From contig CM007990.1 in assembly GCA_002189035.1 (NCBI GenBank), forward strand, positions 1,922,001 to 1,986,000: a DNA stretch of 64,000 nt. Direction: 5' to 3'. This document shows, piece after piece, positions 52,377 through 64,000 of this stretch; position 1 is the first letter of the stretch, and each line of letters opens with the position of its first letter. This stretch comes from Utricularia gibba. Taxonomy: Eukaryota; Plantae; Magnoliophyta. The position numbers and the translations under genes are program-made. The notes below the pieces were generated by a model. The model saw nothing but the letters and a program-made list of their open reading frames with translations, was not told the DNA's origin and did not search any database.

Positions 52377-52900
52377 CGGCACCTTCAAAATAATGCATTG
52401 TGTGGGTGTTTGAGAAGAGTGGGTAAGACCATTTCCAGGCACCCACTTCCCTCATGTGGGTGCCTCGGGAGGGTGTCTTGAAAGAGAGTTGACCGGCACC
52501 TACAAAATAATGCATTGTGTAGGTGTTTGGGAAGAGTGGGTAAGATCATTTCCAAATACACACTTCTTTGATATGGGTGTTTGGGAAAGGGTATTTGTGA
52601 CAGTTTTCCAGACACCCACTTCCCTCATGTGGGTGCCTCGGGAGGGTGTTTGTGAGTCTGCAACCAGATATATCCAAACGTTTCGGTACGAATCGAACCC
52701 ACCTCTATCCATGTGTATCCTATGTTAATACTACCTATGAAATAAGTAATTTGGTAGAAATCCCACATACGGACATAGGTTATGCATAAACCACGCCTGT
52801 ATGTATCCCACATTAATGGCACCTACGAAATAAGTAATGTGGTAGGAGTCCAACACATTTATGTATTGGACTCTTACCAAATTACTTATTTCGTAGGTAG
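52377..52900. repeat. Cluster of short direct and inverted repeats between the two Harbinger genes
   Basis: A ~60-nt block at 52377 is repeated at 52494. The unit gcacccacttccctcatgtgggtgcctcgggagggtgt occurs at ~52439 and ~52612. The motif acctacgaaataagtaat.tggtag occurs direct at ~52732 and ~52821 and inverted at 52875-52900. Confidence 0.85.
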
Positions 52901-53663
52901 CGTTAATATAAAATAATTTAATACATGAATTTAAATACATAAATCAAAGTTTATGTTGAACATTGTTTTTTATTGTAAAACATATTAATAAAACAAAAAT
53001 TGATATTAAAAAAATTCCAATTTATGTAATTATTCGAAAATGAAATATATGTTGTATATTATTCACATAAAAATAAATCATTAAATTTTGATTTATACAT
53101 ATATTAGGTTCACTTGTTTCTTGAACTATAACTCAATAGATTTATACGATAAAACAGAATAACAAAAATTTAGAAAATATGATAACGTCCAACTCATTAT
53201 TCTTCGGATGATGTTATGCTGCAAGTGTGGTCTACTTTTATGAATTTTCTTGCGAACCTGTTATTATGTTTTAGTTTTGGGAGTCAAGGTGTTTGTGAAC
53301 TGAAGAAGACAAAAAGATAATGGATGATACACCATTTGAACCAGGGGAAGTTGTTATCTACATTGACAGCTCTATATATATATATTTTTTGGAGCTCAAA
53401 ACTATGATGTTTCAAAACTATATAATGTCTATAGTGTATGTAAGAAGTCGGATGAACTGATGCTTTCCGTGGTCTTGAAGAGCACCAATAGATGATGCTG
53501 CCCAAAAAAATATTGCATCATTGATAAAACCTATTCCCTGACAAGTTGTTGGACCAATTCTCTGTGCTCATCATCTGAGAGACACAAAAACAATTGCATG
53601 TCCAGAAAACTGATTTAATTATCTGCCAATAGGGATATTTTAAATGATGAGAGTTGTGTAAGA

Positions 53664-56200
53664 CTATACTTGAGTCACATGCACAATCTGAATGGGTGTC
53701 AGTAACATGTCTATTTTACGAAGGATGGATATAGCCTCATTTTGTTGCTTTAATTGAGCATCAACAGGTGCCATCAATTTTTGTTGTATAAGTTCAATGA
53801 TAGCATCTGGTCCTTTATGCATTGCTTTTAATTCTCCAATAAGTTCTCCAATAACTTCATCCTCTCTTTGTCTCTTGTGAAATTTCCTCTTGTGTGACCC
53901 TACACTGTTCTCAGCAGTATCACCATTAAGAGTAGATGATTCGGCTTCTGAAATTGGCACAAAAGCTGGTATTTGAGTTGTTGGTGATTCTGGTTCATTG
54001 TTCATATTGACATGATAGTCATTGCCTTCAACTTCAGTGGATGCACGGTTGATAGCTTCCTCATGAGCAACTTCATCTTTCCCAGTAGCACGATCTGTTC
54101 CAAAAATCTCTACCCAATCTTCATAAAAAGGCCATACCTTATTTCTCAAGCCTTTGAGTCCCTTGATGGTTGCCTAAAAACAAAATTCAACACTCGCGAT
54201 AGTTTTTCTCAGACACTTACAACAAGTAACATATAAAAAAATGTAAGAACTCCCACAAAATGGATTCTAAAACAATTACAAAAACCATATAATTAAACTA
54301 ACTCATATCAGCAACGATTCCCAAATAATTAGCAGAATGGATTCTTAATAGTCACAAACTAATAAAAGTAGTAACTTTCCTAGAAAATGCCAATTCATCC
54401 CATATCTCGTCCGTGTTGGGTTTCTCGTAGACATCGTATGTAAAAAAAGCAGCGTAATTTTAAAAATTTTGAGAAACCCCCAACCCAGATCTTGGAATAC
54501 GGTACACATCAGACAAAGGAATGTTGAAAATACCTTTCAGAGGACTCCGTTGTTCACCAACCGTCAATTGCAGACGGCCTCTATGGTATCCACACGTGGA
54601 GCACTCCGTCGATAACCTTCTCAAGGCTCTTGAATGCTGGTCGAATTTCATAGGTGCTAGTAGAGAAAAACACCTCTTTGTGGATCAGTTTCAGAGAGCA
54701 CGAAGACCTTGGAGCAGATCTCAAGTTCTAAATCTTTTTTATAGATATTTTGTGATATATCAAATTATATCTATATGAGATCTTTTATTTTGAGTTTAAT
54801 CAATATTAATTTCAAAATAACTCTCTATTTAATTTATCCACCTTATCAATTACATCTCATGTAATTGTGTTATTTATTTTATATCGATGAGTGACTCCAC
54901 TGTTGTGTGTAACCCTATAGGCTTCTTCAATCAAGGCCGTAATAATGGATTTATTAATTAACTCTTAATTAATCAAATCCATCATTATCGATCATGAGTG
55001 ATGTCTAGCAACATATCATGATCCCCAAGATTAAAGAATAATTAAGTGAACTGATTGAGCCCTTCCATGACCAGCCACCATGCAATGAACAGCTTTCATC
55101 ATACTTATATCTCATTTAATAACAGAATATGGGTGTGTGTCTTTGTGATGTATCGAACTTATAATTGCATTCAAGCACTAATACTCAATGACCTACTCAA
55201 ACAATTCAAGTGTCATTACCCTAGGCCCAGGACTTACTGTTAGGCTTTGATGCAATTACTTGAGATATGATCTCATCGCTAACATGAGTGATGAATCTTT
55301 TATTGATCAATCAACTATCTCCAATCTTAAGGAGTCACATTCCTACTCATCCATAGTAGGCAAGCCATGGTTAGGCTCCCATTAGTAATGAGCAAAAATG
55401 TGAGCTTAAGATCAAGATAACTTTGTTGACCTCAAGTCTAAGCTTACTTGCACGGCTGTCATATTCGAGATCTCGCTACTAACACTTGGTTAGCTTCCCA
55501 CAGTAGCATTTCGAAGATGAGTCATCCAATGAATCGATTCTCTAATTGACACCCACACATAGGTTCTAGTAATCTCATTACATCAATTGTGAAAACCATT
55601 GCCTAAACAGTTTAGGGAACTCAATATGTGCCAGCTTATCCGTATTTGTGATATCCTCATTTCACAAACACTCTAGCCAGGGAGTTTTTAACTTGAACAT
55701 AAATGCTTAAAGAATATCACATTATGATCTCATCATAATTTCTATAGCACATAGATCAAGTAGAGGATTTTATCAATGATGTAAACTTGATCACAATTCA
55801 AGGTAAACATCAAAGGATAAGATTTGCCGATGAGTTGATTGTCTCTAAAACACATACACCAACAGTCCAGTGCTTCTAACATCCTTGTTGTGCTATTCCA
55901 CCCTGTTCCCGATCAAGAAAGAATGCCCATGATCATGTAGTATTCCTTTTTCCAGATCTTGATTTTCGAAGAAATGTGTGGAATAGCTGTCAAAGTTGAA
56001 GTGGATTTGCGTTTCTTCATCATCTTCTCAAGAGCTACATAATACCCATTTCTAAAACCATTTTCACTCTTCCACCCACTGTCAATAATATCCTTGAAAG
56101 CGATAACAAGAAGACATTCTTCTTCAACATTCCACCCGCATTTCGATTTCGATTGACCATTGTTGTTCTCTATGTGGGACGTGCTCATTTCGCACATAAA
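53664..56200 (-). pseudogene. Harbinger Myb/SANT-like DNA-binding protein, interrupted by a solo LTR
   Basis: WNVEEECLLV..GWKSENGFRNGYY..LEKMM..HISSKIKIWKKEY..S*SGTGWNSTTRMLEALD | EIWDEL.. and KGLRNKVWPFYEDWVEIFGTDRATG. Both ends are approximate. Confidence 0.87.
54414..55864 (-). mobile_element. Solo LTR (~1.45 kb), probably Angela-lineage Ty1/copia
   Basis: Plus-strand termini TGTTGG...CCAACA. Flanks gtccg (54409-13) / gtcca (55865-69). The reverse start TGTTGGTGTATGTGTTTTAGAGACAAT resembles Angela/BARE LTR starts. The Myb frame resumes across it. Confidence 0.82.
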
Positions 56201-56454
56201 ATTGGAGAATGATTGAAGAGCCGAAGTCAAGAACCCTACCCAGATAAAAAAAACGTAGAAGGGTAAAAATGTCTTTGTTCAAAATCTGTAAAAAGTAATC
56301 TAATATATGTCTACCAAACAACTCATGGGATATCTTATTCCAACCCATAAATTCCATACTACCAAACATAATGTGTATTTATAGGAGGGATAATTTTTAT
56401 CTGGTATAAATTATACCAGTATTACTAAAACTACTACCAAACACGGCCTTAATA

Positions 56455-58010
56455 TGCTGCATAACTCTTCCCAAGATGATGTCTTATCATTTGTATAGGC
56501 AATAAGCATGTAATCATTGTAATTGCTCATTATAAATAGACCTCACGACATTATATGAAAACTAGTATTTTTTTTCCATTTCTTCTGTTATGGTATCAGA
56601 GCGTGAGGTCACTTGAACCGTTCTTACAGATTCTTCACCCATTTTGCTACTCTTTTCTCTATACTTTTCTTAATCCTTCTATTATGGCCCAAGAAATAGA
56701 TAAAGAAATATTGGAAGCCCTTTGCACTACTACTCTTAATATTCCTACCTCTACAACCACTTCTTCTGCTTTTCTAAATCCCTACCAAATTCTCCTAGGA
56801 GGCAATGCTGCTGTAACTCTCACCCCAACACCTCTAATAGGGCTCAACTACAACACATGCGCTAAAGCTGCCCTATATCACTAGAGAAGTACAAAGACCT
56901 AAAAGGGCAAATCCCCAATATGAAAATTGAGTACATGGCAACGATCTAGTTGTCTCTTGGCTTTTGTTGAAAATATTGCCTCAACTATTTATCTGAAGAC
57001 TACAACTTTTACCATCCCTCTACAATGTAAATCTGGTAAATGCAGCAACAAATGCTATATGAAATATCAGCAACAACGAGAGAAGGGCCAGGTTCTGAAA
57101 TTTTTTACAAGGGTTAGAGCACTTTATCACAGCTTGATGACTCAATTACTCAACAAATCTCCATTCCCAAGTATTGATTAAGCATACCATGCTGCTTTTC
57201 AAGAATAGCAACGCATTTGTCAAATGCCCCTTCTACCAACCCATGTGGATGCCTCGGCTTTCTTAAGTCGTGCTTCTTCCGTAAAATCCTCCTCCTCTGG
57301 AAATGAAATGAAGTGTCTCAAGTGTGGCAGGACTAATCATACAATAGAACAGTGCTATTATATCAATGGCTTTCCTTCAAACAAGAAGAGATCAACAAAA
57401 GGGACATCTCAAAATCAATGGGCGCATTCTGCAAATCATACCACTGCAACACCAAGAGACCCATTGGAAACCAAAAATCTGATAGATGATGAATCCATAT
57501 AGATAACTCACGGTCAACTGAAACTCTTGATGCATCAATTGTAGAATTGTGCCTCTCAAAGCAACGTTGTATCAAAACCATCGACCCCTGACCTGAATGG
57601 TAACTTTGTTGATAAAAATGCTACTCCCATGACATACTCTACCATGATTCATTTTGTCTTGAATCGTAATGCATGGATTATTGATTTAGGAGCTAGTGAG
57701 CATATGTGGAATAATTTATCCCTCTTTTCATTGTATGATATAAGCAGTGCCTTTTTTTGTTTTCCTAATGGCATGCGTACACAAGCCACCCACATTGGCA
57801 ATGTACGGTTGAGACCTTCACTGATTCTGCACAATGTATTGCATGTCCCATGTTTTAATGTCAACTTGATATTAGTGAACATGTTAATAACACAAAATTC
57901 TGTTTGTGTCTTGTTCACACTTGATAAGTGTTTTCTGCAAAGCTTGTTCAAATGACAGACGATTGGATGGGGGTAAACAAGAGAATAGCTTCACATTTTC
58001 TTGGATGTGA
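56455..58010 (+). mobile_element. Ty1/copia 5' remnant (partial LTR, PBS, gag, protease)
   Basis: TATA-like ttataaatag, then PBS TGGTATCAGAGC (tRNA-iMet complement) at 56591-56602, NPYQI..PLIGLNYNTCAKA, knuckle CLKCGRTNHTIEQCYYINGFP, WIIDLGASEHM, VLHVPCFNVNLI. The left boundary is uncertain. Confidence 0.85.
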
Positions 58011-58029
58011 TGCTAATTTATCTTTAGTA

Positions 58030-60700
58030 GCAACCATGTTAGCAGCAAAGGCTAGGCAACCAAAAACACACATGTGATCTAATTTTAGTGGTTTGAACAT
58101 GGTTATCTCGAATGGAATGAATACCTACCTAAAAATGGAGTCTTACAGTTCAAAACAGATGATGGTATCTTATTTATGATGTAGGTGGGCATGAGAAGGG
58201 CCTCTCCTTAGAAAGTTTTAAGTACTTCGGACTGAAACTTGATAGCTTGTGTGACTTCCAGAAGGTGCCTATACTTCTATTCCACCCTAGCATTTTGTTG
58301 CAATCTCTTGGTGCACAAATACTAATGATGTATCTTTTTCTTAGCACATAAATTCTATAAAGCAGCGCTCATGAATTCATCTCTCTTGTTTATCTGAATG
58401 TGTTTAGTGGTGAGATTGAAGTGATTCTCTATATATGCTAGAAATGCATGTATATAATTGTCCACCCCTAACTTATCTTTGAGCAGAAGGATTCATGTGG
58501 TCCTAGAGTAATTATCCACAATAGTAAGGGCATACTTCAAGCCATTGAAGGTTTCTAGATTATATGATCCCTATAAGTCATAATGAAGTAAATAAAATGC
58601 ATGAGGAGCTTGAGACATGCTCAAAGGGAATGAGATCTTTTAGCGAACTCACATATATCACATAGAGCTCCAAATAATCCACAATTAACATTCATATGTC
58701 TAGACTTTGAGTTCGAAATGTGATCAAAGTGACAATGCCACAAAAATTTTCATCTCCACCATGTAGGGTTCTAGCAAAAAAACTCATTGATAGTATCAAC
58801 ATATTCACTAGATAATGCCTCAATGTATGTGACTTCTGAGCTAATCCGATAAAAGCCTTGATCACATTTGGTTGAAATGAACTTTTTGTCAATCACATAG
58901 AGTCCATCACATATACTTCCAACACCAAGAAGCTCACTTGTATCTTCGTCGTATAGTAATCATGAAGAGCCAGAAAAGAAAATGTTGATGCGCATATCAT
59001 CTGTAAGTTTCCTAACAAATAGCAAGTTCTACTTAAAAGCAAGAATGTAGAGTGCATTCAGTAATTTTATCCTTTCAGTAATTGTGATCGATCCCATATA
59101 GTCAATAGGTACAAAGTGTCCATTAGATATATGGACTCTTGAGTTAGCCACCTATTTCAGAGTATCAAAATTGATCTTTGAGCAACTAATATGAGTGGTG
59201 ACACTAAAGTCAATGATCCATTTCTAGGAATTGCATATAAAATGCTTATAAACATTATTACCCATTCTTAGATCCATTTGTAACATACTTAAGAATTCTA
59301 TTTTAAACAAGTTCATAGATTGTGAGGGCCCTTGGTTATGACTATTTGATGTTGAGGCTTTGACAATTCTCAGCTTTGACAATTCTCTTTGAATAACCCG
59401 TAAAGGATCAGCATATGATGAGATGTCCAATGCATGAGAAAATTGTTCATCAATTGGTGACTCAACACATTATGCTATAGGTCTGTATGAAGGATATTTC
59501 AATTGTTGTTTGGATTGCATCTGCATTTGTGGGCATGAGCTGCAAGTCGGTCACTGTTGCCCAGAAGAGTTTGGTTGAGACTTCGCCTCATTCACATTGT
59601 TACTAGTACCCTTCTTCCTCCACAAGAGAGAAGGCTCAAGCAATTCTCTAGTATGTAGCCTCACTTGTTGCATATATTGTAGAACTCATTATCTCTTTCG
59701 TTGTCCTAGCCCAAGGTGAGGTGTTGAAGTTTGATCTCGCATAGGTTTAACTAGCATAGCAGAATTAGTGTGTATGTTGACCATATTTGGTTTCTTTCTG
59801 CACATATATTGCTCTATATTTAAGATTGTTGCATAGATCTTAGATATTGTCATGGACTTGGCCAAAATCTGGTTTCATATGACATCAAAATTGGGATGTA
59901 ACCAAGCAAAACTTGCGTTCACTTTCTAGAGTCAAAGAATTTTTCCGCATTAACAAATGTGCAGCATATGTCACACTACACTTTGGGAAATAATGCATCT
60001 AGCTCCTTCCAGAGAGTATTCAATTTGGTATAATAATGGACAATGCTGAGGCTTCCTTGTTTCAGATTATACATATTTGATTGAACTTGATATAACATAT
60101 TGATGTTGATCTGTCTGTAATGCACTTCAAGTATTTTCCACATTTCATGCAAGTTGTTACATCCCGTAAAATTGCCAACCAAATCCTTCAAAATGGAATT
60201 CAGCATCCAGGACATTAGCATGTAATCATTGCGTATCCAAAGGCTATAACATGAATTAGTCATTGGAGGCTTAGGTATTTCATGAGGATGATCCCTAACT
60301 TGTTCTTAGCTCCCAATGCCAATCGAACCCCTCAGCGCCAATTGAAATAGTTTTTTTGTTCAGTAGTTCACTTACTAGAGGCACATTCAGATGATCGGAT
60401 CCACTAAGATGTAGTGGATCAGTATGATTGACATCTCCTTCAAGAAATGCATTTTATATTGAAGATATGCCTATGCTGATTTGTCCTCCAGGTGTATGAG
60501 TAGTAGTATTTGTGGTTCTCACGAATGTCGCCAGTATTCACTGCCAGGTGATTGATGCGTGGCTCCTCCGAGCTCACCACACTATGAAAAGAAAATCATA
60601 TGATCGGAGAAAAATAGCAGCTCCCATGTTATTCCATTCAAAACTGAATATAACAGGAGTGTCGTAGTGTATTTATAGGAAAAATAGACAAATAAATGTA
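58030..60700 (-). mobile_element. Second Ty1/copia remnant (gag to integrase), opposite orientation
   Basis: DPLHLSGSDH..NYFNWR*GVRLALGAKNKLG, WIRNDYMLMSWMLNSI, LKQGSLSIVHYYTKLNTLWKEL, and integrase LHYDL*GSY..YALTIVDNYSRTT..QQNARVE*KYRHLLEV..TYIINKIPSSVLNCKTP. Confidence 0.85.
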
Positions 60701-61529
60701 AAGTAAGCAAAACATAGGAAATCCCCTGCAATCTATTTAATCATGTGCCACTGTTCGCGTGTGACACCATAAGTCGTCTTTAATTAAACCCAAACATCTC
60801 CGAGTTCATGGATTTTATTGTCCTCAAGTCCATCGGGTTGGCTGCTCAATTCGGAAAAAAATTCCTTTTCCAATGACAATGTGACAAGCATGGAATTTAT
60901 ATTAATCTTGGTGTAGCATTTTTTAGTCTTTAATGTTGTATGAAAATGATCTGTCCCCCACATATAAGATATATATATATATATTATTAAAATTGTGAAT
61001 TTTGATTATTATGAGTATTATTAATTTTACACTATTAAAAAATATCAATGTAACCTTTTTTAAGGGACTTGATGTCATTACAAGAAATATAACTACGTGG
61101 TCAAGACATTTTCATTGATGGAGGGTGTTAAAAATTTTAGTATAATGAAGTGTTTTAAAATTCAGAGTTTAACTCGAGATTAGATCCAATTCAATCTTAA
61201 TCTGTGATTTGTTGAATTAATTTAATAATTTTTATACATAATAAAAATTTATAAAAATTTAGAAATATCAACTTCAGATATTTTTTTATTTTTTTACAAT
61301 CGAAAAAATCAATTCAGTGCAAAATCATGAGTAAAATTAAAAAAATGTGTTGAATCTTATTTTTAAAATATTTTTTATTGTTATTATTATGATATTGGGG
61401 GATCAGTTGTAGGAATCATGATATTTTTGCAATAAAATAGGAGTGAGTACAAGCAAGCCAATACCATACGGAAAACAGCAATGGAAGGGTGTGCGATCTC
61501 TGCTTTGAGATTCAGAAGAACTTGGTGTT

Positions 61530-62659
<1,130 letters not shown>

Positions 62660-64000
62660 TGCTGTTGCCAAGAGAATTCAGCGATGCCACTGGTTTGTAT
62701 TGCAATCAAATGGCTTATGGTTTTTGCATGGGGTTCATGCCAATTTATAGGCACAAAAAGATACCTCGAGAGGATCCGCAAGTAACAGTTTCCGCGTAGA
62801 CGATGAATTTTTTATCGTTGACGTGAAATGAGTAGGTGACCAATCTTCTGACCACGAAAACAAATGTCAAAAGCTGTCCGATTGCATCCCAAAGAGAAGG
62901 GGGGAATTAGGCACCGGTTCCAGAGCAAGAAAGCTATCCAAAATTCAACCCACTCGTTCATATAAAAAACTTTCGGGGCAATGGTTGGCTCCACCACTCA
63001 ACTGTTACATTTGAAATGACGGGTTTGGTATAGAAACTGATTTCCATATGACTAAGAGCCAGATAAGGATCCCTTGACTCAACCAATCCCCCACCGACGT
63101 CCACGGGCCATCTCCAAAACCAGTTCAAAAAGTCGTGCAGAAATCACCCTCCAAAATCCTTTGCCGAACCTTGACGGATGGATTGAACGGAACAGAACAA
63201 CCGTGGGTTGATGAATCAAGAGTAGTGATGGGTCGACCACCAGGCACTCATACAAAGGCGTGGGCCGGGCATTTCTTAAGGCCATTGGACGGATCCGACA
63301 GTTGTATGTTGGTCATGAATCATTATGTAATTGATATATAATTGACACCAGCTATATTTCCCGGCCCATCACTGGGATGTTGATTCAGTCGTAATCGTTT
63401 TCACTTTTGCCATCAAACTTTTTTTGTTTCACTAAAATCATTAAATATATATGAACCGTTTCAATTTTAAATGATTCATAAAAATCGGTTTTTTATGTCA
63501 TTAGACCGGTAATAAGACCGGTTTAAATACAGTATATTCGATTTAGTAATAAATTTACGTTAAAACCCTTGAACATATGTCTGATTTTCATTAGTTCCAC
63601 CAAAGTTATTTTATTTCATTAAAACCAATTAATCATTTCACTAATGCCATTAAAATATCAAAATTGATTAATTTTTTACAAAATCAGAAAAGGTCAACTT
63701 TTAAAAAATATAATAACATGTTTTTCCTTTTATTTTTACCACATGGAACTTGAATTATAAGCTCAAAATTTTAAAAATAACATTGAATATGTCTAAAATT
63801 ACTTTTTATAATAAGCATTATATTAAATATTTTCCCAATGCAGCAAAATTTATCATTCAAATACCTTGAAATAAGAGTATGAGCAATCAAATAAAAAACA
63901 TACATATGACAATATAATTACCATTGTTACAAAAGTTAGTAAACAACATAAGTAATATTACAATCATATGTTTAATTAGTGTCATCTTTGGCATGGAAAA

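Larger units (their letters stand above)
50106..56448. mobile_element. Full-length PIF/Harbinger DNA transposon (6.3 kb), inactive
   Basis: TIRs GGCTGTGTTTGGTA (50106-50119) and TACCAAACACGGCC (56435-56448) match at 13 of 14 positions. TTA TSD at 50103-05 and 56449-51. It contains convergent transposase and Myb/SANT genes. Confidence 0.93.

Noticed and set aside
52377-52650. CRISPR-like appearance of palindromic repeats
   Set aside because: Eukaryotic DNA, only 2-3 irregular units, no unique equal-length spacers and no cas genes.

Overview
AT-rich flowering-plant nuclear DNA. Six host genes are recognisable. (1) The 3' part of an ARIADNE RBR E3 ligase (ARI8-like, +). (2) A rhomboid-like RBL13 gene (+) with an intronless CDS and a +1 T frameshift just before the catalytic His. 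(3) A small bHLH153-like factor (+). (4) A clathrin interactor EPSIN2/3-like gene (-). (5) A GOT1 vesicle-transport gene (+). (6) A class III peroxidase (-) lacking the usual third intron. Intergenic space is mostly decayed, nested transposons. These include a CRM-type Ty3/gypsy element interrupted by three solo LTRs and a foldback element, and a structurally complete PIF/Harbinger element (TIRs, TTA TSD, both ORFs) with a solo LTR in its Myb gene. There are also several copia remnants, a MULE transposase remnant and a PTI1-kinase gene fragment. I see no convincing new biological system. The most notable items are the nested-element architecture, the RBL13 frameshift, the peroxidase substitutions and two unidentified spliced-looking fragments. 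All exon boundaries, alignments and family assignments were made by eye without database searches.
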